In this document: positions 34,336 through 43,844 of the stretch, piece by piece
How positions within the stretch are numbered: the stretch's first letter is position 1
How the letters are laid out: the number at the start of each line of letters is the position of its first letter
Origin: an uncultured Gammaproteobacteria bacterium
GTDB taxonomy: Bacteria; Patescibacteriota; Patescibacteriia; CAZBFB01
DNA length: 46,449 bases
Direction: 5' to 3'
NCBI GenBank assembly: GCA_964491085.1
Contig: CAZBFB010000037.1
Span: 1 to 46,449 of the forward strand
Made by a program: the position numbers and the translations under genes
The notes under the pieces: generated by a model
Seen by the model: the letters and a program-made list of their open reading frames with translations, nothing else
Told to the model about the DNA's origin: nothing
Databases searched by the model: none

Positions 34336-34398
34336 TATCATCCCAAACTAGATTTGGGATCCAGATTAACTGGATTCCGGGTCAAGCCCGGAATGACA
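34336..34398 (+). repeat. 63-bp triple-hairpin repeat, copy 3 of 3
   Basis: tatcatcccaaactagatttgggatccagattaactggattccgggtcaagcccggaatgaca. Lies in the alr-ddl spacer. Confidence 0.9.
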
Positions 34399-34461
34399 TT
34401 TTATTTCTAGTGATGGCTGATTGCTTTTGACGGATATTTCCGATAAAATCAAATCACTCAT

Positions 34462-35583
34462 ATGCCTCATAAAAAAAACAAAATTCGCGTCGGCGTTCTC
34501 TTCGGCGGTCGCTCCGGAGAACATGAGGTCTCTTTGGTTTCGGCTAATGCGGTCATACAAAATTTGGATAAAGAAAAATATGAAGTGTTGCCGATTGGTA
34601 TCACTAAAGAGGGGAGATGGATTGCCGGGCCGATGGCTTTAGAATTATTAAAATTAGATTTGCAACCAAATAAAAGCAACGTACTGCTTCGTCCAGAACC
34701 AACCACCGAACTAGCTACCATCGATACCAACGCAACCGAAAAACTGGATGTAATTTTTCCAGTTTTACATGGGCCATATGGTGAGGACGGCACCGTGCAA
34801 GGATTTTTGGAAATGACCAATTTGCCCTATGTCGGTTGCGGCGTGCTGGCGAGCGCGGTGGGGATGGATAAAATAACCCAGAAGCGATTATTTCAAGCGA
34901 GCGGGATCACGACGCCAAATTTTATCGCGCTCGACGCCGAAAGTTATCAGCCAGAGGGGAACGATAGTGTTTCCCAACGCGTGCAACAAGAAATCGGTTT
35001 TCCGTGTTTTGTTAAACCGTCTAACATGGGATCAAGCGTCGGCATCAGCAAAGTAAAAATAATTGACGCGCTCGTACCGGCGTTCGCGGAAGCGTTTCGG
35101 TATGATCGCCGGGTGTTGGTCGAGCGCGCGGTGCTCGAACCGCGTGAGATTGAAATCAGCGTGCTCGGCAACGGCCCGTATGAAATTTCCGTACCGGGAG
35201 AAATCATTCCGTCCAATGAATTTTATGATTACCACGCCAAATACGTGGACGGAAAATCACAGAGCATTATTCCGGCCGCGCTCGAAAGTGAGCAAGTAAA
35301 ACAAATTACCGCTCTAGCCGGTCGCGTGGCGGAATTACTCGACATTGCCGGTATGGCGCGAGTTGATTTTTTGTTGTCAAAAATTACCGGCGAATTATTT
35401 GTCAACGAAGTCAATACCATTCCCGGTTTTACCAGCATTAGTATGTATCCCAAACTGTGGTCAGCCAGCGGCCTCGGGTATCAGAATTTACTCGATCGTT
35501 TAATCACTTTGGCCATTGCTCGCCACAAACAAAAACAAACTTTAGCTACCAGCTACACCGGAGCGGGGGAATGGTATAAATAA
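34462..35583 (+). CDS. ddl: D-alanine--D-alanine ligase
   Basis: V.FGG.S.EHEVS, HG..GEDG..QG.LE, the ATP-grasp segment KP...GSS.GI, and EVNT.PG.T..S..P. Confidence 0.95.
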   Translation: MPHKKNKIRVGVLFGGRSGEHEVSLVSANAVIQNLDKEKYEVLPIGITKEGRWIAGPMALELLKLDLQPNKSNVLLRPEPTTELATIDTNATEKLDVIFPVLHGPYGEDGTVQGFLEMTNLPYVGCGVLASAVGMDKITQKRLFQASGITTPNFIALDAESYQPEGNDSVSQRVQQEIGFPCFVKPSNMGSSVGISKVKIIDALVPAFAEAFRYDRRVLVERAVLEPREIEISVLGNGPYEISVPGEIIPSNEFYDYHAKYVDGKSQSIIPAALESEQVKQITALAGRVAELLDIAGMARVDFLLSKITGELFVNEVNTIPGFTSISMYPKLWSASGLGYQNLLDRLITLAIARHKQKQTLATSYTGAGEWYK

Positions 35584-35679
35584 ACTACGAATGTACGAAT
35601 GAGGTACGAATTTACGAATTTTAATCTGGGTTAGTGTGACTTCATTGGTAAATTCGTCTCGATTCGTATATTCTTAGTA
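35584..35679 (+). repeat. tacgaat-family element, homologous arms to 24844-25012 with a different core
   Basis: actacgaatgtacgaatgaggtacgaatttacgaatttt ... ttcattggtaaattcgtctcgattcgta. It fills the whole ddl-ftsQ spacer. Confidence 0.85.
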
Positions 35680-35682
35680 CTT

Positions 35683-36681
35683 ATGGAGCATAAATTTTCC
35701 AAAGGTTATCGCGCGATTCAACGCCAACAAAAGAAACCGTCGCGACGAGGGGTGGCCTTGCCCACGATTCGTTCTCATTCGAGTTCCGGCGGTGGAAAAT
35801 CTGCCATGCCATTTATCACCTTGCCATCGTATCGCAGTACGATCGGCTATTACGAACGCCGCAAAAATCGTTGGCTATTACCGGTAATCACTTCCGGTAT
35901 TTTAATCATGCTACTAGGTCTGGGTTATTTATTGTTTTTGAGTCCGCTTTTTACCTTAACCATCGTTAATGTCGAAGGTACGACGCGCCTTCCGCCAGAT
36001 TTGGTACGCGGCGTCGTGCAAGAACACACCAATCAAACCAAACGCTGGTGGTATCTACCCGGCAATAATTTATTTTTGATTGATGAGTACAATATTCGTC
36101 AACATCTTGAGGCCTGGGTGGATACAAAATCGGTGCGTCTAAAAAAACAATTTCCACACACGCTTATCATCACCATTCAAGAACGCGTGCCGGTGTTGGT
36201 GTGGCAGATCAATGACGAGCGGTTCATGCTTGATGAGGAGGGGATTATCTTAAAAACATTGACAGCGGCGGATTCATTTGATAGATTGATTGCCTGGACG
36301 CAAGCGACCGGCGTGACGGCGCGTACGGGCAAGCTTGGTGATGCGTTGATACCAGCGCCATATGCGCAAGCGTTGACTCAAGCGCTAGCCATGGCCGCGC
36401 AAACCGTTGGCGCGCCGATTATGGTAGTAAATTTTCAATACGGCGATGAACAAAATGTTGTGTTCAAAACCAGCGAGGGTTGGGACATATATTTTTTGTT
36501 AGCGGATTGGCAAAATGCTTTGGCGCGTTTGAAATTATTACTCACGCAGGCCGACGCCCCCAATCGCACTCAACTCGAATACATCGACGTGCGTTATGAA
36601 AACAGAATTTTTACCAAGCAAAAAGAGAAAACAATAAATCAAGAAAACAATAAATCAAGAAAACAAGAAGGGCTGCCCTGA
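35683..36681 (+). CDS. ftsQ: cell division protein FtsQ/DivIB-like (POTRA domain)
   Basis: Basic N-terminus, a single TM helix (LLPVITSGILIMLLGLGYLLFL), then I..V.V.G...L....V (POTRA-like). Lies next to ddl, as in dcw clusters. Confidence 0.75.
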   Translation: MEHKFSKGYRAIQRQQKKPSRRGVALPTIRSHSSSGGGKSAMPFITLPSYRSTIGYYERRKNRWLLPVITSGILIMLLGLGYLLFLSPLFTLTIVNVEGTTRLPPDLVRGVVQEHTNQTKRWWYLPGNNLFLIDEYNIRQHLEAWVDTKSVRLKKQFPHTLIITIQERVPVLVWQINDERFMLDEEGIILKTLTAADSFDRLIAWTQATGVTARTGKLGDALIPAPYAQALTQALAMAAQTVGAPIMVVNFQYGDEQNVVFKTSEGWDIYFLLADWQNALARLKLLLTQADAPNRTQLEYIDVRYENRIFTKQKEKTINQENNKSRKQEGLP

Positions 36682-36716
36682 TAAGATTTTGTTTTCTTGA
36701 TTTATTGATTTTTTGA
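36648..36716 (+). terminator. hairpin plus T run spanning the ftsQ stop codon
   Basis: 17-bp stem caataaatcaagaaaac (36648-36664) / gttttcttgatttattg (36691-36707), followed by attttttg. The left arm is the second copy of a 16-bp tandem repeat (36631-36662). The stop TGA 36679-36681 lies in the loop. Confidence 0.55.
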
Positions 36717-36724
36717 GTACTCCT

Positions 36725-37564
36725 ATGAAATCCGGTTTTGCGGTTCTGATTGGTCGTTCAAATGTTGGCAAGTCAACCTTGTTAAATTCTTTAGTTGGCA
36801 CAAAAGTGGCTATTACTAGTCCAGTACCACAAACTTCACGCGACACAGTACAGGGTGTGATTCATCGTCCACCCGGTGAAATTATTTTTGTGGATACACC
36901 GGGAATTTTTCAGCATACCCACGATGCGATTACAAAAAAACTAACCGAGAAAGCCAAAGATGCTTTACATAATATTGATGTGATTGTGTATGTGGTTGAT
37001 CCCACGCGTTCAGTTGGTCCGGAAGAACAAACGATTCAGAAGCTCGTCCGCGGAGTAGGGAAGCCAATCATTTTAGTGATCAACAAGACAGACAGGCCGG
37101 GGCGGTATCATGATTCATACTTATTGTTTGAAAAATTTGCGCAAGCCAAGATTGAGATATCAGCTAAACATGCAAAAAATATTGAAGGCCTGATTAATTT
37201 AATTTTTAGTTATTTACCGGTCGGGGAGCCACTTTATCCGGAAGAACAGAAAACGAACGCTGACCGAACATATTGGTTAAGTGAAATTATTCGCGAAAAG
37301 GCCTTTATGGTATTAAGAGAGGAGTTACCGTTTAGCGTTCATGTTCGGGTGAACGATTATCAAGAACGCGATAATGGGATGATTTATATCCACGCTACAT
37401 TGTTGACGCACACCAAACGTTACAAAGGCATGATTATTGGTAAGGGTGGTCAAACCATCAAGCAGATCGGACAGATGGCCAGAAAAGAGCTTGAGCTGGC
37501 GGTCCAGAAAAAGGTGTACTTGGAGCTAGATGTCGAAGTGCACGATTGGACGCGTGAAATTTAA
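36725..37564 (+). CDS. era: GTPase Era
   Basis: G1 GRSNVGKST, G3 DTPG, G4 NKTD, and a C-terminal KH domain (IIGKGGQTIK). Confidence 0.93.
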   Translation: MKSGFAVLIGRSNVGKSTLLNSLVGTKVAITSPVPQTSRDTVQGVIHRPPGEIIFVDTPGIFQHTHDAITKKLTEKAKDALHNIDVIVYVVDPTRSVGPEEQTIQKLVRGVGKPIILVINKTDRPGRYHDSYLLFEKFAQAKIEISAKHAKNIEGLINLIFSYLPVGEPLYPEEQKTNADRTYWLSEIIREKAFMVLREELPFSVHVRVNDYQERDNGMIYIHATLLTHTKRYKGMIIGKGGQTIKQIGQMARKELELAVQKKVYLELDVEVHDWTREI

Positions 37565-37707
37565 CCGGTCTTACCATTTAAGGTATCAACTATCACAAAA
37601 AGAAAATTCCGGACAAACTCCTCATGCGAATGAATAATGAATAGTGAATCAGAAATTGCGATCCATTATTCATGATTCGTTATGTTGGGGATAACTATGT
37701 CTAAAGA

Positions 37708-37732
37708 GGGCTTCAAGCTGAAGTCCTTTTTT
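37708..37732 (+). terminator. intrinsic terminator 144 nt downstream of era
   Basis: Stem gggcttca / tgaagtcc (8 bp including one G-U) with loop agc, followed by tttttt. Confidence 0.55.
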
Positions 37733-37818
37733 GTTATAATTTTGTTATATCACGAATTGAGTATAATCTTTATTTGGCTCAATTTGTGCTGGTATCATTG
37801 CTTATAGCTTAATAGTAT

Positions 37819-38793
37819 ATGCCCCAAACAATCTCCCTACCCGATCTGGACGACTTCCTGCTTTCGCTTAAAGCCAATAACTACTCCAGCGAAACAGTGG
37901 AAAACTACGAGCGCGATCTTTTGACGTTTCAGTTATTTTTGCAAAATGACGTGCGGTGTCAATTTAGTGACATCACTAAAAAAACAATCGAACAATACAA
38001 AGCATACCTTACCTCACGGGATCGACAGACAAAAAATCAACCAAACAATAAATCAAAAAAACAGCCCGTAGCAAAAAAATTAGCCAGCCATTCAATCAAT
38101 CGCATGTTGTCGGCATTGCGTTCATATTTGCGTTATTTAGAGCGCATGGATGATACTCCTCCCCTATCCGCCTTGGCCGTCACTTTAATAAAAACCGAAC
38201 ACAAGCAAATTAAGATCGGTGAATTCGAAACAGTCATTAAATTAATTGAATCACCATCCAGTTTGGAAGCGGATCAGGCGATCAGATTGCGCAATCGGGC
38301 GATGCTGGAGACGTTATTTGCCACCGGCATGCGGATTTCTGAATTGTTAGGACTTAATCGTGAACACATTGACGGATCAGGTCGAATTTTTATTATGGGC
38401 AAAGGTAAAAAAGAACGTTTTGTTTATTTAACACCACGCGCCACCCAACATCTTAACGCGTATTTACTGGCACGATCGGATACTGATCCGGCGCTCTTTA
38501 TCCCCTACCGCGGCGGTCGCGTTAGCAAACAAAAATCAGCTAAGCGCATTTCGCATAATTATTTACAAATGAAACTAAAACAGTATCGCGAACAATTACA
38601 GATCAATATTCCCATGTCGCCGCATAAATTACGCCACGCGTTTGCCACTTATTTGGCGGAAAGTGGCGCTAATCCAGCCGCCATTCAAATTTTACTTGGT
38701 CACGAATCGCTTGAGACCACCACTCGCTATGTCAATGCCTCGCAAAAATACGCCGAGCAATCACATCACAAGTATCACCCCCTTAAAAATTGA
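37819..38793 (+). CDS. tyrosine site-specific recombinase, XerC/XerD family
   Basis: SAM-like N-terminal domain. Catalytic region has TGMRISEL, KGKKER.V, HKLRHAFAT and LLGHESLETTTRY. Confidence 0.88.
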   Translation: MPQTISLPDLDDFLLSLKANNYSSETVENYERDLLTFQLFLQNDVRCQFSDITKKTIEQYKAYLTSRDRQTKNQPNNKSKKQPVAKKLASHSINRMLSALRSYLRYLERMDDTPPLSALAVTLIKTEHKQIKIGEFETVIKLIESPSSLEADQAIRLRNRAMLETLFATGMRISELLGLNREHIDGSGRIFIMGKGKKERFVYLTPRATQHLNAYLLARSDTDPALFIPYRGGRVSKQKSAKRISHNYLQMKLKQYREQLQINIPMSPHKLRHAFATYLAESGANPAAIQILLGHESLETTTRYVNASQKYAEQSHHKYHPLKN

Positions 38794-38824
38794 TTCTGTT
38801 TAATAATCTTGATACTATAAATTC

Positions 38825-40201
38825 ATGAATAAAATTAAAGATATCTTGGAAAATATTGTCAGCGCTCCGGCAGTGACACTGGAAAAAACAGTGGCGGCGT
38901 CAGAAAAAATTGGTCATAGCATTCTTAATAAAACACCGGTGCGGCGACTGGAGCAATATTGGCATACCCTCGGGCCGGGACTGACGACCGGCGCGGCTGA
39001 TGACGATCCGTCCGGTATCACAACCTACACGCAAACTGGCGCTCGTTATGGCTTTCAACTTCTTTGGCTGGCGGGATTCACCTTTCCGTTAATGGCTGTG
39101 GTGCAAGAAATGTGCGCTCGGATAGCGCTCGTCACCGGTCGCGGTCTGGCTGGAAACATTCGCGCTCATTATCCTCGTTGGGTGCTTTACACCGCTACCG
39201 CGCTTTTATTTACTGCCAATACCTTCAACCTCGGCGCTGATTTGGGCGCCATGGCCCAAGCCAGCCGGCTTTTGAATCCGAACTTGAGCTTTGCTGCGTT
39301 GGTGGTGGGGTTTGCCTTTGTTAGTTTGCTGTTACAAATTTTTACCACTTACGCCAGTTACGCTAAGTATCTTAAGTATTTGGCGTTAATTTTATTTGCT
39401 TATATTTTTTCAGCTTTGAGCTTGAATCTTAACTGGTCGGAAATTTTGCGTCAGGCGGTCATACCATCAATTAGCTGGAATCGCGAACAAATTTTTTTGA
39501 TTTGCGGCATTTTGGGAACCACAATTTCGCCCTATCTTTTTTTCTGGCAAACCGCACAAGAGGTTGAAGAAGAAATTTTGCGTGGCGAAACCACTCTGGC
39601 GCAACGCCAACGCGGGACCACCCCGCAAGATCTTAAGCGCATGCGCCTGGATGTGTGGTCCGGTATGTTTTTTTCTAATTTGGTAATGTTTTTTATTATT
39701 GTTACCTCGGCGGCGACCCTGTTTGCCAATGGTATTACTAATATCTCCAGCGCCGCCGAAGCCGCCCAAGCCCTGCGGCCGTTCGCTGGTGATAGCGCTT
39801 ATCTGCTTTTTACGATTGGTATTATTGGTACCGGCTTGCTGGCCATTCCCGTATTAGCCGGTTCTGCTTCCTACGCGCTCTCGGAAAGCTTTGGCTGGAA
39901 ATTTGGTTTGTACCGAAAATTAAAAGAAGCCCACGCGTTTTATGGCGTCATTATTATTTCCATGCTGATTGGTTTGGGATTAAATTTCATCGGCCTTGAC
40001 CCCATCAAAGCCCTGATCTATGCCGCGGTTGCCAATGGCCTCGCCGCTCCCCTCCTCCTCATTTTAATTATGCAAATCTCCGGTCGCAAACACATCATGG
40101 GCGAACACAAAAACGGCCCAATAACCACCACCCTCGGCTGGATTATAACCGGCACCATGATTCTCACCGGTGTCGCAACCATTCTGGTAATGATATTTTA
40201 A
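38825..40201 (+). CDS. NRAMP-superfamily (COG1914-like) transporter with non-canonical metal-site motifs
   Basis: GPGLTTGAADDDPSGITTY aligns with the TM1 DPGN motif. GTTISPYLFFWQ aligns with the TM6 MPH motif. About 11 TM helices. Confidence 0.82.
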   Translation: MNKIKDILENIVSAPAVTLEKTVAASEKIGHSILNKTPVRRLEQYWHTLGPGLTTGAADDDPSGITTYTQTGARYGFQLLWLAGFTFPLMAVVQEMCARIALVTGRGLAGNIRAHYPRWVLYTATALLFTANTFNLGADLGAMAQASRLLNPNLSFAALVVGFAFVSLLLQIFTTYASYAKYLKYLALILFAYIFSALSLNLNWSEILRQAVIPSISWNREQIFLICGILGTTISPYLFFWQTAQEVEEEILRGETTLAQRQRGTTPQDLKRMRLDVWSGMFFSNLVMFFIIVTSAATLFANGITNISSAAEAAQALRPFAGDSAYLLFTIGIIGTGLLAIPVLAGSASYALSESFGWKFGLYRKLKEAHAFYGVIIISMLIGLGLNFIGLDPIKALIYAAVANGLAAPLLLILIMQISGRKHIMGEHKNGPITTTLGWIITGTMILTGVATILVMIF

Positions 40202-40202
40202 T

Positions 40203-40275
40203 GGTACGAACTACGCCCGATTACGGAAAGTATGACTTTTTCGTACTTTCGTATATCTTTCCTAGTTCGTATTGG
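40203..40275. repeat. tacgaa-type hairpin filling the convergent spacer; probable bidirectional terminator
   Basis: ggtacgaactacg ... cctagttcgtattgg. The arms tacgaacta / tagttcgta are complementary. Confidence 0.6.
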
Positions 40276-40276
40276 T

Positions 40277-41524
40277 TTACGGCAAATACGGCAAAGGATT
40301 AATTGGCGTGCCGTTTTTTCTTAGTTCAAAATGTAAGTGCGGACCGGTGGTGAGCGGGCCGGCACCGCGCGTGCCGGGGGTGCCACCAACCAGGGCAATC
40401 CCCTGCCCACGCAAAACAAAGTCCCCTTCCTTTACCAAAAATCCTGAAACGTGCCCGTAAACAGTGGTAAAATTATCGCCGTGTAATAGCACTAAATAAC
40501 TATAACCAAAACCATTGTTTCGCACCTTAGCCACGATACCATTGGCTGGAGCAAAAATCGTACTACCGTGGCTAGCACGAATATCAATTCCCGGGTGCTC
40601 AAATAAATAACGGAACGGATAGGCGGGATCAAAAAATTCGGTGGTAATTTTTCGATTTGGCACGGGCCAAGTAAAAACCGCTTGACCCAAACGAATAATT
40701 TGATCTTGCCGCAATTTCTCGCGTAATAAAATTTCCAAACGCTTGATGTCTTTATCCGCCGCTTCTTGTTCGGCTTGCAGTTCATTGACCAATTCTTGGT
40801 AACGCGATTCAGAATTTTTTGTTTGCTGGAGTAAGGCCGTAGTGCTGGTCTGTTGTTCGCGCAATTCTTCCCGTTCGATCGCTAAAGCCGTGCGTTTAGC
40901 GTCTTGGGTAACTTGTTGAGTTTGCAAATTAGCGCGTTCTTGTTGTAAGTAATCTTTTAACGTACGAATTTCCGTGACTCGTCGCGCTAATTCTCGTTGC
41001 ATTTGATAAAGCGTCACTTGGGCTGAAAAATATTCTCCCAGCGAGCGGTATTCAAATAACGCCAACCATCCCCCGCGTTTTTGTAAAACCGCAAAATTTT
41101 GTAGCATACTCTCTAGCGTAGTAAGCGCCTCTTGCATGTCCAGCGAACGATCTTCAATCAATAAACGTGTTTTGGTTTCTTCTAATCGTAAACGCTGAAT
41201 TTCCACCGTCAGCGTATCGATGGTATTTTGTGTTTGTCGAGTTTTGCTTTTCAGCCAAGACACTTGATTATCAAGCGTTCTGGCTTTAGTGCGTGTTTGA
41301 TTTAAGGCTGTGGCGTATTCGGCCGCTTGTTTTTGCAATTCTTGAAAACGTTGGTTCAGCGCGTCCAATTCTTGATTGATTTCGGCGGCGGTTTTGAGAT
41401 TGTCCGGCTCGGCGCGGGCCGGCCTAGATAAAACCAAAACACTCACGACCAGAGTCATGAGTGTAACCATACAAAAACGAATCCAAACGCGACTAGATGG
41501 AATTAGTAAGTTGGTTGAGAGCAT
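40277..41524 (-). CDS. M23-family metallopeptidase with long N-terminal coiled coil (EnvC-like)
   Basis: HPGIDI, GHVS....G..V..GQ and GPHLHFE motifs. About 250 aa of heptad-like Q/E/L-rich sequence. An alternative start at 41470 (MVTLMTL) would remove the overlap with gltX. Confidence 0.85.
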   Translation of the reverse strand: MLSTNLLIPSSRVWIRFCMVTLMTLVVSVLVLSRPARAEPDNLKTAAEINQELDALNQRFQELQKQAAEYATALNQTRTKARTLDNQVSWLKSKTRQTQNTIDTLTVEIQRLRLEETKTRLLIEDRSLDMQEALTTLESMLQNFAVLQKRGGWLALFEYRSLGEYFSAQVTLYQMQRELARRVTEIRTLKDYLQQERANLQTQQVTQDAKRTALAIEREELREQQTSTTALLQQTKNSESRYQELVNELQAEQEAADKDIKRLEILLREKLRQDQIIRLGQAVFTWPVPNRKITTEFFDPAYPFRYLFEHPGIDIRASHGSTIFAPANGIVAKVRNNGFGYSYLVLLHGDNFTTVYGHVSGFLVKEGDFVLRGQGIALVGGTPGTRGAGPLTTGPHLHFELRKNGTPINPLPYLP

Positions 41525-42956
41525 GACGCAGACGATGTAAGCTGGTTGTTTGACCGAACAGCCATATTAAAACAAACGGCGAGGGTGAGATCGTTGTGCC
41601 GGAGAGCGCGTAACGCACTGGCCACAAGACAGAGCCGATCGGATAGCCCCGCTCCTGTATCCAGGATAGCACGGCCGATTCGATCGGGCTAGGCGCGGAA
41701 AAGAAGTCAATTGGTTGTTGTTCCAGCCAAGCGATAATTTCGGTTAAATAGCGTAATGTATCTTCGCGATTAGCTTGACGCCAGACCAATTCGTTCGGAT
41801 CAGTCAACTGTGGCGTGGCTAAAAACCGCAGTTCCTCGTTCGAGATATCCGAAAATACCGCGATGCGTTCACGCAAGACATCTAAAACTTTATGAGCTGG
41901 CACCGTTGCGGCCATTGATACTTTTTCTAAAGCTCGCTCGTAAAATAGTCGGGCGCGTTCGTAATACTCATCGGTCGCCAGAGCTTTCAGGTATTCGCGA
42001 TTCAACCAGCGTAATTTTTCAAAATTAACCATCGCGCCGCTTTTGTTAATGGCCGTGATATCAAATAATTTAATCAGCTCGTCGCTGGTATATTGCTCGC
42101 GGTCAGCCGTGGGGTTCCAGCCGAGGGTGGCGATAAAATTTAGCAAGGCGGATTCAAGATAACCTTGGTCAAGATAGGACTGTACGGACACATCCGCTTC
42201 GCGTTTGGATAATTTTTTCTTGGCGGCCCCGAGCAAAAGCGGCAAATGCACAAACTGGGGCGTTTGCCAACTGAATGCTTGATATAACAAAATATGTTTT
42301 GGTAATGAGGGCAACCATTCATCGCCCCGGATCACGTGCGTTATATTGCTATTATGATCATCTACCACACTAGCCAAATGATAGGTGGGGAAACCATCGG
42401 TTTTGATAATAACAAAATCGTCCAAGGTAGCATTGTTGACGGTGATGTTGTCGTGGATAATATCGTGCGCCGTGGTCAGGCCAGTCGGAATGGAAAATCT
42501 AATCACATGCGGCTCATTGGTTTGGCGTAGTTTGGCTTTAGCGGAATCAAGCGCGCGACATAAACCGTCATAGCGTGGCTGTTGTTTAGTTTTTTCTTGT
42601 TCGGCACGCAATTTTTCCAGTCGTTCGGCGGAACAAAAACAGGGATAGGCCAAACCTTTAGTAACTAGTTGCTCGGCGGCTGAACGATAGAGCGCCAAAC
42701 GTTCGGACTGACGATATGTCGGCTCGTCTGGCATCATACCAAAGCGTTGTAAAATAGACATAATCCCCTCTTCGGCGCCAGGTACCACACGTTTGCGGTC
42801 CGTATCTTCAATACGTACTAAAAATATGCCACCGGCGTGCCGCGCAAATAAAAAATTATACAGCGCCGTACGCAGGCCGCCAATATGCAAGGCGCCAGTT
42901 GGACTGGGAGCAAAGCGAACGCGGACTTTATTGGTTTTTTCTTCGGCAGTATTCAT
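41493..42956 (-). CDS. gltX: glutamate--tRNA ligase
   Basis: RFAPSPTG.LHIGG.RTALYN (HIGH) and KLSKR (KMSKS). Confidence 0.95.
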   Translation of the reverse strand: MNTAEEKTNKVRVRFAPSPTGALHIGGLRTALYNFLFARHAGGIFLVRIEDTDRKRVVPGAEEGIMSILQRFGMMPDEPTYRQSERLALYRSAAEQLVTKGLAYPCFCSAERLEKLRAEQEKTKQQPRYDGLCRALDSAKAKLRQTNEPHVIRFSIPTGLTTAHDIIHDNITVNNATLDDFVIIKTDGFPTYHLASVVDDHNSNITHVIRGDEWLPSLPKHILLYQAFSWQTPQFVHLPLLLGAAKKKLSKREADVSVQSYLDQGYLESALLNFIATLGWNPTADREQYTSDELIKLFDITAINKSGAMVNFEKLRWLNREYLKALATDEYYERARLFYERALEKVSMAATVPAHKVLDVLRERIAVFSDISNEELRFLATPQLTDPNELVWRQANREDTLRYLTEIIAWLEQQPIDFFSAPSPIESAVLSWIQERGYPIGSVLWPVRYALSGTTISPSPFVLIWLFGQTTSLHRLRHALNQLTNSI

Positions 42957-43668
42957 AATATAAAGTAATAATCGGAAAAACGATAACCGCTCGCATCATT
43001 CTGCGCCAGCGACGACGTGGTTCAACTAGAAAACGCCACAACCATTCCAGACCAAGCGCGCGCCACCACCGGGGGGCGCGTTTAATACTACCGGTTAATA
43101 CATCGAACACACCGCCGACACCGACCGCGATTTTTGCCCTAGCGCCTAGTCCGCGCACGCGGTTGATCCATAGTTCTTGTTGGGGGTGACCTTGGGCAGA
43201 AAAAATAATATCGGCCGTTAGCGCCCGTGCGTCAGCGGGATCGCCAGAAACGAAAATATCTAAATCAGGGTAGGTCGATTGTAAAAATTTCGTGAGGCGA
43301 ATCGGATTAGTCAGACAATCTTTTGGTAATAAAATAAAAACTGAATGGTGATTTTGTTTGGCCAAAGCCAACAGCGTGTGCGTTATATGCGCGCCAGTGA
43401 TTCGTTCTAGTATCGGCGACTGTAGCCAACGGCTTAGCACCACTAAACCAAACCCGTCAGCCAGACACGCTTCCGCCGCGCACAAAATCGCGTGATAGTT
43501 CGGATTCCGGTATGCCTCGAGCAGAATTTCCGGATTCGCCGTCACTAGGTGGTGGCATGATTGCCCCTTCAATATTTCGCTCAACCGGCTCGGGAGCTCG
43601 TTTGTGCTCACGTATTTGACGGGTACGCCGAGTAGCCAAATTATCTTTGATTCCTTGAATACGGACAT
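42928..43668 (-). CDS. WecB/TagA/CpsF-family glycosyltransferase
   Basis: GFG.V, Q.G.P.QE.W, VG..FD...G...RAP.W....GLEWL.R...EP.R motifs. Confidence 0.85.
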   Translation of the reverse strand: MSVFKESKIIWLLGVPVKYVSTNELPSRLSEILKGQSCHHLVTANPEILLEAYRNPNYHAILCAAEACLADGFGLVVLSRWLQSPILERITGAHITHTLLALAKQNHHSVFILLPKDCLTNPIRLTKFLQSTYPDLDIFVSGDPADARALTADIIFSAQGHPQQELWINRVRGLGARAKIAVGVGGVFDVLTGSIKRAPRWWRALGLEWLWRFLVEPRRRWRRMMRAVIVFPIITLYYEYCRRKNQ

Positions 43669-43779
43669 ACTGTTGCTGGCGAAAGCGACTAGAGGTCCGA
43701 TAGGTTGTAGGACCGCGACGTTTCATAATTCCACTATACCACGTACTGAATTTTTAGCAAGAAAAAATTCCACAAACTA

Positions 43780-43809
43780 TTGACAGGACGATATACTCTG
43801 GTGTATAGT
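43780..43809 (+). promoter_or_regulatory. candidate sigma70-type promoter of clpB
   Basis: ttgaca (43780-43785), an 18-nt spacer, then tatagt (43804-43809). Confidence 0.5.
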
Positions 43810-43813
43810 GGGA

Positions 43814-43840
43814 TTAGCACTCTAATAGCTTGACTGCTAA
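43814..43840 (+). promoter_or_regulatory. CIRCE-like operator (HrcA site)
   Basis: ttagcactc-N9-gactgctaa. One mismatch to the consensus TTAGCACTC-N9-GAGTGCTAA. Lies between the -10 box and the clpB ATG. Confidence 0.75.
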
Positions 43841-43844
43841 TTAT

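Noticed and set aside
37696-37806. 36-aa hydrophobic ORF (MSKEGFKLKSFFVIILLYHELSIIFIWLNLCWYHCL) in the era-xer spacer
   Set aside because: It runs through the predicted terminator hairpin and T run and has no Shine-Dalgarno-like sequence. It is treated as chance.
37819-38793. Xer-type recombinase as a marker of an integrated mobile element
   Set aside because: I found no flanking direct repeats and no phage or plasmid genes next to it. The neighbours are era and a transporter. It is more consistent with the chromosomal dimer-resolution Xer. I could not identify a dif site by eye.
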